A DNA stretch of 50,495 nucleotides from a virus (lineage: Duplodnaviria; Caudoviricetes). Location: positions 1 to 50,495 of the IMG/VR virus record IMGVR_UViG_3300028585_000028; one strand, 5' to 3'. This document shows, one piece after another, positions 42,939 to 50,495 of the stretch. The notes beneath the pieces are model-generated. The model was given only the letters and a program-made list of their open reading frames with translations. It was not told the origin of the DNA and did not search any database. A program made the position numbers and the translations under genes. Each line of letters starts with the position of its first letter. The first letter of the stretch is position 1.

Positions 42939-44443
42939 GCCTGAGCTTTCAGGCCCTGGCGAAGCTCCTTGCGCTCCTGGCGCTTGCGAGCGATGACCTC
43001 TTCTTCGATGGTGCCACGCGTGATGATCTGCCACGTCTGGTTGCGACGCTTCTGACCCGTGCGGCGCAGACGACCGATGGCCTGCACGTTGAACACGTCG
43101 TCCTCTTCCCACGACAGCCACACCTCTCGGCGTGCCTTGTGCTGAAGCCCGTCGGTGCCCTCGGCGATGGAACGGATGGTCGCGATAATGACGTTCGGTC
43201 CGTCGTCGGTGCCGAAGCGCGCCTTCAGGTCGTTGCGCTCCGTCGTCTTCAGGTCACCCGTCCACGCCTCAGCCCGGATGCCGGGCACCTTGTTGGCGCG
43301 CGTGGTGGCGGCGAGAGCGGCGACCTTCGAGTGCGTGAACACCAGCACAGGGTCACCGGGCTCGACGATGTCGGCGAGCAGGTCGTTGAGAATGTCGAGC
43401 TTCGACGATTTGGCGTCGGGCAGCATCGTGACGGAACCGTCGGCGGCGATGGTCGGCTGCGCGAGCGCGACCTGGCGGAGGCGCACGTTCTTCACCATCT
43501 TGTTGGCGATGACACTGGGGGTGCGGACACCCTCTTCGTTCTCGACCCAGAATGCGGGTGCGTCGGACTCGATCTGCTTGTAGACCTTCGCCTGCGACGG
43601 TGCCATGTCGACGTAGATCTCGATGGGCTCTTCGACGGGCGGCAGCGTTGCGTTGACGCCGTTGGGGTGCCACTCGCAGCACCGCTCCTCTTCCAGGTGC
43701 TGAATGTAGCAGGGCACCTCGGAGATGACGGACCCGGGCTGCTTCTCGGGGCCGATGATGTAGTCCTCGCCGAACCCGGAGAAGAAGGGGTTGATCGTGA
43801 GGATGAAGTGACGGCGGAGCCATGAGCGGAAGTCGTCGACGCCGGGCCTGCCCATGTAGAGCGCGAACCGCTCGAACACATTGGCGTTGCGGTGATCCTT
43901 GTTGCCGTACCAGATCCAGCGCAGCACGTTGTAGAGCCCGTGCATCTTATTGCGGGCGGGCGTGCCGGAGAGCCCGATGCGGAACTGCGTGTTCAGACGC
44001 CAGACGGCCTTCGCGGTGGCGGTGCCGTGACCGGCCATGCGGTGCACCTCATCCAGGATGGCCCCGGTGATGCCCTTGAACAGACGCCAGTCCTGGCGGC
44101 GCATGAGTTCCCACCCGACAAGGTGGATGCTGAAGCCGTCGCGCGCCTCTTTCAGGTCGATGAGACCCGTCTTGTTCTTGGTGTTGATGACGTGCACCTC
44201 GGCGTCGGGCGCGAACTCTGCGATGGTCTCGCGCCACTGTTCGATGGTGTGCAACGGTGCGACGACCAGCCAGACGCCACGGTAGACGGCCATCGTGGCA
44301 ACGCCGGTGCCGGTCTTGCGCGAACCCAGGCACCCGGCGTAGAGTACCTGACCGTCGTTCTTTACGATCTGCTCGACGTCATGCTTCTGGTATTCGGCCA
44401 ACGGGCGACCGGGAAGGTTGTCGAGTGTCTCGCGAACGTTCAT
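42935..44443 (-). CDS. SNF2-like (SF2) DNA helicase
   Basis: LGSRKT, LVVAP, ILDEVHR, LSGTP, EGTDGLQ, QAIGRLRRTGQ. Confidence 0.9.
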   Translation of the reverse strand: MNVRETLDNLPGRPLAEYQKHDVEQIVKNDGQVLYAGCLGSRKTGTGVATMAVYRGVWLVVAPLHTIEQWRETIAEFAPDAEVHVINTKNKTGLIDLKEARDGFSIHLVGWELMRRQDWRLFKGITGAILDEVHRMAGHGTATAKAVWRLNTQFRIGLSGTPARNKMHGLYNVLRWIWYGNKDHRNANVFERFALYMGRPGVDDFRSWLRRHFILTINPFFSGFGEDYIIGPEKQPGSVISEVPCYIQHLEEERCCEWHPNGVNATLPPVEEPIEIYVDMAPSQAKVYKQIESDAPAFWVENEEGVRTPSVIANKMVKNVRLRQVALAQPTIAADGSVTMLPDAKSSKLDILNDLLADIVEPGDPVLVFTHSKVAALAATTRANKVPGIRAEAWTGDLKTTERNDLKARFGTDDGPNVIIATIRSIAEGTDGLQHKARREVWLSWEEDDVFNVQAIGRLRRTGQKRRNQTWQIITRGTIEEEVIARKRQERKELRQGLKAQA

Positions 44444-44742
44444 ACTGACCAGCTACCTACTTCTTCTCCGCAGTTCGTGCATGTCTCGGTGTACGTTGCA
44501 CCGCCCGGACGCACGCTCTCGTGCGTGGCGGTGCGTCGCCCGCATTCGGGGCAGGTGTCTTCCGGCTGCTCGATGAGCGGCACTTTGAGCCCGCCACCAT
44601 CGAACTCTTGGATATGATCGGTGACCCAGAACGCCATGTCCAGAGCACTCGCGTAATGCGCGCGCTCCGACCCGTACTCCTGAATCTCGAACATGAGATA
44701 GGGCATCGTCGGGTCCTTCTTGATCCTGAATCGTCTCGCCAT
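44440..44742 (-). CDS. zinc-ribbon protein
   Basis: CPECG...CTNCG; GGAGG RBS. Confidence 0.75.
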   Translation of the reverse strand: MARRFRIKKDPTMPYLMFEIQEYGSERAHYASALDMAFWVTDHIQEFDGGGLKVPLIEQPEDTCPECGRRTATHESVRPGGATYTETCTNCGEEVGSWSV

Positions 44743-44769
44743 GATTGCCTCCAGTGTTGTGTGTGGTTG

Positions 44770-44818
44770 TGGGCAGGAGGGGAATCGAACCCCTCGGTAC
44801 GGCCGAACCCGGCTGCCC
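44770..44818 (-). ncRNA. 49-nt mini-tRNA (acceptor stem plus T arm)
   Basis: GGGCAG CCG-GGTT-CGG CCGTACC GAGGGG-TTCGATT-CCCCTC CTGCCC A. Confidence 0.7.
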
Positions 44819-44824
44819 TCTGTG

Positions 44825-44977
44825 CTACTGCTCGATGAGCCGTGCTCTGGCGACGCCGACCGGCTCATCGACGCCGGGGTACGTGACCTTGACGTACTCC
44901 AGAGTGACGAACTCGACGATAGTGACCGGCTTCAGTGTGCCGCGCACGTCGAGCAGAACTTCCTGACCTTCTCGCAT
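44825..44977 (-). CDS. small hypothetical protein (50 aa, SH3-like pattern)
   Basis: GGAGGAGG RBS; MREGQEVLLDVRGTLKPVTIVEF. Confidence 0.7.
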   Translation of the reverse strand: MREGQEVLLDVRGTLKPVTIVEFVTLEYVKVTYPGVDEPVGVARARLIEQ

Positions 44978-44978
44978 G

Positions 44979-45077
44979 TTACCTCCTCCGACAGAACAGT
45001 AGCCCGGCGAACAGGATGATGCCGAACGCGCCGCCGATGAGCCATCCCAGCGCGCCGGTCAGCTCGTACGGGCTCAC
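44979..45077 (-). CDS. small membrane peptide (32 aa)
   Basis: GTGA overlap; LGWLIGGAFGIILFAGLLF followed by RRR. Confidence 0.6.
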   Translation of the reverse strand: MSPYELTGALGWLIGGAFGIILFAGLLFCRRR

Positions 45078-45622
45078 GAAATGGCGGCTTGCACGTCGGG
45101 CAGGCCCCAGAGCTTCAGGGCGAACAGGGGGTCGTCCTCGACGTTCTCCGTCAGGTCACCCGTCCAGGCCGTGATGTCGCCGTCAGCAGTGAACGTGACC
45201 GTGCCGTTGACGTTCTCACCCAGGTCCGGGTGGGAGTACTTCTCCAGCGTCACGATGTAGCCGGTCTCGCCCATCTTCGTGACCGACAAGCCCGCCAGTT
45301 CGGCGGTGATGCGCTCGGCGGCGGCGGGGTCGGCTGCCGTGGCGATGCCGGTGCGCTCGACGTGCTCGGCCAGCCGGGCCTTCGTCACCAGCCGGTGAGT
45401 GCCGGCGTACACCTCCGTGATGGCCCGCTGCGAGAGACCGTGCGTCGAGTGTGCGAGGTAGATGAGCGCGTTGGTCTTCTCGCGCTTGACGCGGATCTTG
45501 TCAGCGACCGCGCGTCGCACCTCCATCTCGGCGTCCAGCTCGGTCTGCTTCTCGTCGTGTGCCGCGCGCCGGATGGCGTCGAGTATGTCGAGCTGCGGCT
45601 GCGTGAAGGCTTTCCTAGCCAT
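45074..45622 (-). CDS. hypothetical protein, possible HTH
   Basis: GAGGAGG RBS; HGLSQRAITE. Confidence 0.75.
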   Translation of the reverse strand: MARKAFTQPQLDILDAIRRAAHDEKQTELDAEMEVRRAVADKIRVKREKTNALIYLAHSTHGLSQRAITEVYAGTHRLVTKARLAEHVERTGIATAADPAAAERITAELAGLSVTKMGETGYIVTLEKYSHPDLGENVNGTVTFTADGDITAWTGDLTENVEDDPLFALKLWGLPDVQAAIS

Positions 45623-45851
45623 TCGCGTCCTCCTCTTCGTCTTGGTCGAGCCACCAGTCGATGTGCTCGATGATCTCTTGCAGGGTGGGTGCGTCGTGGT
45701 CCCACGTGAAGTCTTCGTACACCCCGCTGACGTAGAGCTGCACTCCACGCTTCCCGTCGCCGAAGACTTTGCACCGCACCCCGCGATGCAGGATGACGAC
45801 CGTCGTCGGTGCCGACCTGTGCCGCGTGAAAGCGACTCGGGTGCGGCTCAC
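45615..45851 (-). CDS. hypothetical protein
   Basis: GTGA overlap; 78 aa. Confidence 0.6.
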   Translation of the reverse strand: MSRTRVAFTRHRSAPTTVVILHRGVRCKVFGDGKRGVQLYVSGVYEDFTWDHDAPTLQEIIEHIDWWLDQDEEEDANG

Positions 45852-46387
45852 GAGTAGTCGCTCTCGTCCTGCCGGTAGCCGGAGCGGGGGGCGAACGTGA
45901 GCGGGTTGGAATCGCCGCCCTCGTAGGCTGCTCGGTCGTCCAGGTTGAATCGCTTCCCGCGCGGCCCCTTCCACGGCTTCGGGTCGAGCGGGATGTTTTC
46001 GTGGGCCGCGTACTTCAGCGCCATGGCGCGCGCGTCGGACGCGGTGCGGAAGACGGAACCCGACGTGTCGTCGAAGCCCGGCGCGAGGTAGGTGTCGATC
46101 TTGTCGAGCGTCGAGTGGTAGCGCAGGATGGCGTGAAGGGTGCCGATCCGCGTCGGCTGCGCGACGATGAAAAGTGCGCCACCCTCGATGGGGAACGGAC
46201 GCGCCACGGCGCGCCACTTGCGCGGCATGTGCTTGGTAATGCGGGACCAGTCGATCTTTTCGGGCATGGGTGCCTCCAGGGTGAGTCCAGTGAATCCAGT
46301 GATGAGCGATGAGGGGGTGAGCTTCGCCAGATCAGCGGCGGTCGGTAGCGGGCTGCCAGCAGGCAGAAAGTACAGGTCTCCACTCAT
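45848..46387 (-). CDS. hypothetical protein
   Basis: 179-aa ORF; ATGA overlap. Confidence 0.7.
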   Translation of the reverse strand: MSGDLYFLPAGSPLPTAADLAKLTPSSLITGFTGLTLEAPMPEKIDWSRITKHMPRKWRAVARPFPIEGGALFIVAQPTRIGTLHAILRYHSTLDKIDTYLAPGFDDTSGSVFRTASDARAMALKYAAHENIPLDPKPWKGPRGKRFNLDDRAAYEGGDSNPLTFAPRSGYRQDESDYS

Positions 46388-46845
46388 CGGAGCAGGCTGT
46401 TCAGCTTGGCGTGGTCGCCGTTGCGGTACGCCTCGGTGGCCTGGCGAAGGATCTCGACGGCGTTCTCGTCGTTCTCCGGGTCACCCTCGTAGATCGTGGC
46501 GTCGTTCAGCATGACGGTGATCGTGCCTGTCCACAGGTTCGTGTCGATGAGCACGGTCGAGTTGGACACGTCGACGTCGAGCATTCCCGGCTGCTCATGT
46601 GCGGCGTCGTCGGTGGGGTCGTCGGGGCGGGCGGCGTTGTCCACGCTCGCGTCCGGCAGGGGCTGCGGCGTCCAGTCGCGGACTCGGCCGGCCACCAGGA
46701 TCGCGAGATCGTCGCCGCTCATAGGCCACTCACCCGGCAGTGCTGCCACTTCCGACACGGTGGCGTGCGTAGCCACCGCTGCGACTGCGGTCGCGTGCTG
46801 CTCGACCCGCCCCGTTTCCAACTCACGCTCTTTCGTTGCGTCCAT
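46384..46845 (-). CDS. hypothetical acidic protein
   Basis: 153-aa ORF. Confidence 0.7.
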   Translation of the reverse strand: MDATKERELETGRVEQHATAVAAVATHATVSEVAALPGEWPMSGDDLAILVAGRVRDWTPQPLPDASVDNAARPDDPTDDAAHEQPGMLDVDVSNSTVLIDTNLWTGTITVMLNDATIYEGDPENDENAVEILRQATEAYRNGDHAKLNSLLR

Positions 46846-46990
46846 TGCTCTCGTCCATTATCTGTGCGGGCGACAAGTGGCAGTAAAGACACTCGTCGCG
46901 TTGGTCTCTGTGATTAAAGATGATTCGGTGCGTCCGACGGTACTTCCACACCGCCTGGCAGTAGTAGTCCGACGGTTCGTCGGCCATGGC

Positions 46991-47167
46991 TTACAGGCGG
47001 AACCGTGCGACGACGCGGGCTTTCGTCGTGTCGTCGTGGTCGGTGAGCCAACCGGCCAACTGGTCGGCCACCTCGTCGTGAACCTCGCGCGCCCGTCGTT
47101 CGGGTCGCGTCGTGCGTCGTGCGGTGCCGTCTTCGGCGCGGACGGTCTCTGCGATTGCGGTTGCCAT
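46991..47167 (-). CDS. small hypothetical protein
   Basis: AGGA RBS; 58 aa. Confidence 0.6.
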   Translation of the reverse strand: MATAIAETVRAEDGTARRTTRPERRAREVHDEVADQLAGWLTDHDDTTKARVVARFRL

Positions 47168-47171
47168 GGTC

Positions 47172-47369
47172 CTACTTCTTTCCAGCGCGGTTGACGTTCT
47201 CGATGATGGATGCGGCGGCTGCCGCCCTCTGTGCTGCCTGCGCCTGTCGGCGCTCCCGCTGTTCACGGTCGGCGGCGTTACGTGCACGTCGCTCTCGGTC
47301 GGCGTCGTGCTGCGCGGCGCGTGCCAGCACAGAGGGGTCGCTCGCCCGGCGTTCTGCTCGGTTGCTCAT
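47172..47369 (-). CDS. small Arg/Ala-rich protein
   Basis: 65-aa ORF; ATGA overlap. Confidence 0.6.
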   Translation of the reverse strand: MSNRAERRASDPSVLARAAQHDADRERRARNAADREQRERRQAQAAQRAAAAASIIENVNRAGKK

Positions 47370-47599
47370 TCGTCGCCCCCGGTGAGTTCGGTGACCAACT
47401 GCCGCTCTTCCTCTTGTTCGATCTCCTCTTCCAAGATGTCGCTATCCATCGTCGCCCACTCGTCGAACTCTTCGGTGGGCGTGCCGTCGGCGTCGAAGAA
47501 CTTCGGGTCGGTCAACATCTCTTCGGGCACGTCCAGTTCGTACACCTCCGTCACGCGGGCGGTGTAGGTGCGGGCGTAATTGCGTCGTACGGTTGCCAT
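47366..47599 (-). CDS. small highly acidic protein
   Basis: GGAG RBS; 77 aa, EEEIEQEEE. Confidence 0.7.
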   Translation of the reverse strand: MATVRRNYARTYTARVTEVYELDVPEEMLTDPKFFDADGTPTEEFDEWATMDSDILEEEIEQEEERQLVTELTGGDE

Positions 47600-47736
47600 T
47601 AGTTGCTCTCCGTCATGCTTGCGAGGTAGGCGTTTGTGACGCCGTCGGTGTGGTGTTCGGTGAGGTACGCGACCGCGTCGGGCAGCCACGCGAATTGCGC
47701 GACGTCCACGCCGTCTATGTTGACTTGCCAGCGCAT
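47599..47736 (-). CDS. small hypothetical protein (45 aa)
   Basis: TAATG coupling at both ends. Confidence 0.55.
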   Translation of the reverse strand: MRWQVNIDGVDVAQFAWLPDAVAYLTEHHTDGVTNAYLASMTESN

Positions 47737-48755
47737 TAGATGAGCGGGCGTGCGGCGCGCACGATGTCGTCGAGCAGGGACAGGCGCGCGTCGTCGTGAG
47801 CTTCATACTCAGACACGGGGGCATCCACGTCGCCGTCGCCGTACTTGTCGGACCAGGCTTCCATTCGCGCGTCGTACTGTGCGATGAGCGCCCCCAGCTT
47901 CGCCGGTGCTTCAGCGCGGGCCGTTGCTTTCGCTTCGGCTTCGATCCGTGCGGCAGTGAGCGCGTCCAGCTGCTCTTTCGTGACGCTGATGTCTTCCAGC
48001 GCCGCCTCTCGCGCCAGTTCGGTGCCGTAGTAGCCGTAGCTCTCGACGGTCACAGTCCAGGCGTACGTTCCGTTATCCGTCGTGGCGTCCAGGTCGACAG
48101 GCTCGTCGTGGCTGAGGCGCGTGGGGTTCACCGCGTACCCGATCCCGTATACGTCGCCGTCGATGTAGGCGCGCCACGTGTCGCGGTCGCTCTGGGTGTA
48201 CTCGTCGGACGTGCCGGTGCCGCCCGTGACCTCACGGTGAGCCGGGGTGTCGAGGATGAGCAGGTAGTCACCCTGCATCGACCCGGGGAGCTCGTGCACG
48301 GTCACGCCGTGGAAGATCGACAGGTAGCGGACGGCGCTCGTTGCGTGCCGACCCCACTTATTCCATGCCCGCTCGACCGCCTCGGCGGCGTCCTCGTCAT
48401 CGAACACACCACCCACGAATGACAGGCCCCAGCCCGCCCATTTTCCACGGTGCAACCAGTACGCGGGCGCGTACGCGTCGCCGTCGGGGCCGTTGTCGGT
48501 GCTGGTCCGCTCGATGACGGCCAACAGGCGCAGGTCGTCGGTGGCGCGGAACTGGCGGTCACCCGCGAACCCGTAGGCGCCGGGGGTGTCGTGCCAGTTG
48601 GTGTTGATCCGGTCGTACTCAGGGCGGGGCCGGTGGTAAGCGGTCTCGTTGCCGTCGCTCTCCTCCACGCTGAACGGCGTGGGGTAACGCTTCCCGGTCA
48701 CGGTTCCAACCATGGGCGTCGGGTCGTCGTTCGTCGCGGTGGTGTATTCGGTCAT
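47736..48755 (-). CDS. hypothetical early protein (339 aa)
   Basis: Long ORF; ACCACACAC leader. Confidence 0.8.
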   Translation of the reverse strand: MTEYTTATNDDPTPMVGTVTGKRYPTPFSVEESDGNETAYHRPRPEYDRINTNWHDTPGAYGFAGDRQFRATDDLRLLAVIERTSTDNGPDGDAYAPAYWLHRGKWAGWGLSFVGGVFDDEDAAEAVERAWNKWGRHATSAVRYLSIFHGVTVHELPGSMQGDYLLILDTPAHREVTGGTGTSDEYTQSDRDTWRAYIDGDVYGIGYAVNPTRLSHDEPVDLDATTDNGTYAWTVTVESYGYYGTELAREAALEDISVTKEQLDALTAARIEAEAKATARAEAPAKLGALIAQYDARMEAWSDKYGDGDVDAPVSEYEAHDDARLSLLDDIVRAARPLI

Positions 48756-48791
48756 GGCCTGCGCTCTCTGTGTGTGGTGTGGTCGTGCGAG

Positions 48792-48839
48792 TGCCCCGGG
48801 CGCGCGGTGAGCGCGCCTAGCCGGTCTGCCGGCCGGGGC
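48792..48839 (-). ncRNA. compact three-way-junction RNA element
   Basis: GCCCCG GCCGG-CAGA-CCGGC TA GGCGCGC-TCACC-GCGCGCC CGGGGC A; all stems perfect. Confidence 0.6.
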
Positions 48840-48850
48840 TTGGTGCGGGT

Positions 48851-49492
48851 CTAGCGGAGCGGGATGGATGGCTGAAGCATGACGACGTACGACGTCGAGT
48901 CGTATTCGGGGAACGTCATCACGACCGGCTCGCAACCCGTGCGGGCGCTGTCTCGAGTCGTCGGGGCGACGGTGCCGAAGCGCCAGGTCATCGGGGTGTT
49001 GCGCGAGTGCTTCAGCTTCGCCACCTTCGCCAGCTTCGCGATGTCCAGCACCGGGTTCCCGTCCAGCTCGGCGATTGCGTCCAGCTCAGGGATGAGGCGC
49101 CCGACCGGGGGAATGTTGCCAGGGATGGCGGTTCCCATGATCGTGCCGCCGCTGTGCGTCGCGGTGAGCGTGACCGTTCCGAACGGGCGGTGAGCGGCGT
49201 CGCCCGATCCTGCCGGTTCGCTCACCTCCAACTCGACGGTGCCGGTCGTCTTCGACAGCGCCACGACGAACTCGGCGGGGAGCATCGTCTGGGGCATGTT
49301 GCCGTCGTGCGGGAGCGTCACGATGGCGCGTCCGACCATGTACCGGTCCGTGCTGACTGCGGTGAGCGTGTCGTCTTCCACGCGGACGGCGACACCTCCC
49401 AGGATCGGGGTCATCTGAGCATCCTTCTTGGTCGCGGCGAACACGAGGACGTTGGCGATGGCGCGGACGGCTTCGGGGGTGAGCGTGGTCAT
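48851..49492 (-). CDS. DNA polymerase III beta-clamp-like protein (two-domain size)
   Basis: PILGGVAV..DDTLTAVSTDRYMV and GNIPP motifs, as in the DnaN central domain; 213 aa. Confidence 0.75.
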   Translation of the reverse strand: MTTLTPEAVRAIANVLVFAATKKDAQMTPILGGVAVRVEDDTLTAVSTDRYMVGRAIVTLPHDGNMPQTMLPAEFVVALSKTTGTVELEVSEPAGSGDAAHRPFGTVTLTATHSGGTIMGTAIPGNIPPVGRLIPELDAIAELDGNPVLDIAKLAKVAKLKHSRNTPMTWRFGTVAPTTRDSARTGCEPVVMTFPEYDSTSYVVMLQPSIPLR

Positions 49493-49513
49493 GGTGTGTG
49501 GGTGCTTTCTGTT

Positions 49514-49537
49514 TGGTGGTGGTGGTGGTGGTGGTGG
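49514..49537 (-). repeat. (CCA)8 trinucleotide repeat in a 5' leader
   Basis: (TGG)8 on the plus strand, intergenic. Confidence 0.9.
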
Positions 49538-49539
49538 TG

Positions 49540-49938
49540 CTAGTTGGCGGGCAGGTGGGCGACGGCCCACCCGGCAGGCTCGTCGTGCTGCTCTCCGGTC
49601 TCATCGTCGATTACCTCCACGGTGCAGAGCACGTAGAGGCCGGGCTGCGCCAGCACGTCTTCTGCGAGCTTGCCGCCCAGGTATTCGCTCGCGTGCATCA
49701 CGGCCCCGCGGTAGCCGTGCTGCCCGGTGTACCCGTGGAGAAGGGTCCAACCGTCGTCCAACCCTTCCACGTCCGCGCCCGGCGTGTCGTCGGTCGTCTC
49801 GACGTGGTACAGCGTCTCCGGTGCGAGTGTGTCGTGGTCGTGGCTCACAGTGCCGTCGGGGTGCACTCGGAACGGGGACCCGAACTCCGTCCAGGCATTC
49901 AGGTCGTCGGCGGTGATGGCTTCGCGGTCGCTGCTCAT
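49540..49938 (-). CDS. hypothetical acidic protein
   Basis: 132 aa; ACAGAAAGC leader. Confidence 0.75.
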   Translation of the reverse strand: MSSDREAITADDLNAWTEFGSPFRVHPDGTVSHDHDTLAPETLYHVETTDDTPGADVEGLDDGWTLLHGYTGQHGYRGAVMHASEYLGGKLAEDVLAQPGLYVLCTVEVIDDETGEQHDEPAGWAVAHLPAN

Positions 49939-49979
49939 TGGTCTGTGCTTTCTGTGCGGGGTTGGTAAGGGCTGGGGTA

Positions 49980-50486
49980 CTACAGGGTGACGGGGGTGTA
50001 GACGGTGCCGATGCCCCACGGGACGGCGTTGCGGAGCTTCGCGCCCCGGTAGTACTTCTGCGGCACACCCGTCATGCCGTTGGCGCGGCGGGTCGCTTCC
50101 GGGGTCGGTTCGGCGGCGATGGGGCACCAGTTCGCCGGGCGGGCGACGGCGGTGGCGTACTCGACCGACTCGGGAGTCATGTTGTCGAGCCCCCGTGTTG
50201 CGGGGTCACCCCACTGCGCTCCGATGAGCGCGCCCGATCCATTCAGGCGGCTGGGGATCAGCGGCATCGTGTGGTGCGCGCCGTTCAGGCTCCGTGACCC
50301 GTCGTCGTACGTGCCGTAGCACTCCACCCCGTCGACGGTGCGCGAGTAGTGGAACCATGGCGTGCCCTCACGGCGCTGGGGTCGCTGGTCGGTCCGCTGG
50401 TCGGCGTAGACGGTGAACCCGGCGGTGATGAGCGTCCGTGCGTAGTCGGTGGCGGTCGGCGTGAACAGCGGGGGCGTCGTGGTCAT
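49980..50486 (-). CDS. hypothetical protein
   Basis: 168-aa ORF. Confidence 0.75.
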   Translation of the reverse strand: MTTTPPLFTPTATDYARTLITAGFTVYADQRTDQRPQRREGTPWFHYSRTVDGVECYGTYDDGSRSLNGAHHTMPLIPSRLNGSGALIGAQWGDPATRGLDNMTPESVEYATAVARPANWCPIAAEPTPEATRRANGMTGVPQKYYRGAKLRNAVPWGIGTVYTPVTL

Positions 50487-50495
50487 GGTGGGCGC

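Noticed and set aside
44310-44340. Helicase Walker A variant GSRKT as a sign of inactivation
   Set aside because: The catalytic KT and all other SF2 motifs are intact
44833-44870. 10-bp inverted repeat CGATGAGCCG/CGGCTCATCG
   Set aside because: Lies inside the 50-aa ORF with an 18-nt loop and no U-tract; function cannot be supported
46527-46535. DnaA-box-like CTGTCCACA
   Set aside because: Single imperfect match inside a coding region

Overview
The window looks like a near-complete genome of a lytic, high-GC, long-tailed (siphovirus-type) actinobacteriophage. A Microbacteriaceae-type host is a guess from gene content and is not proven. A rightward arm (2.4-32.8 kb) carries small accessory and nucleotide-metabolism genes, an M15-peptidase endolysin, terminase, portal, protease/scaffold, capsid, a tailspike-like protein, head-tail connectors, tail, tape measure, minor tail proteins and holin/membrane proteins. 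A leftward arm (32.8-50.5 kb, plus 0.4-1.5 kb) carries a RuvC-like resolvase, primase-helicase, SSB, AAA ATPase, Cas4-like exonuclease, SNF2-like helicase, a beta-clamp-like protein and many small early ORFs. I recognised no integrase, repressor cassette or DNA polymerase. The most unusual signals are non-coding. (1) A graded family of tRNA-like, anticodon-less RNA structures punctuates the leftward operons, most of them directly upstream of an ACCACAC start-associated motif. (2) A 9-mer (CTCTGTGCT/AGCACAGAG) occurs at least 17 times across the genome. (3) A pair of perfect inverted DnaA boxes lies beside an AT-rich tract. (4) Several genes have -10-N6/7-ATG leaderless promoters, and a separate promoter class has the form CCCTACCA-N6-TANNNT. 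(5) Two candidate promoter-sRNA-terminator cassettes flank the terminase genes. All protein calls come from motif recognition and synteny by eye; no database searches were run.
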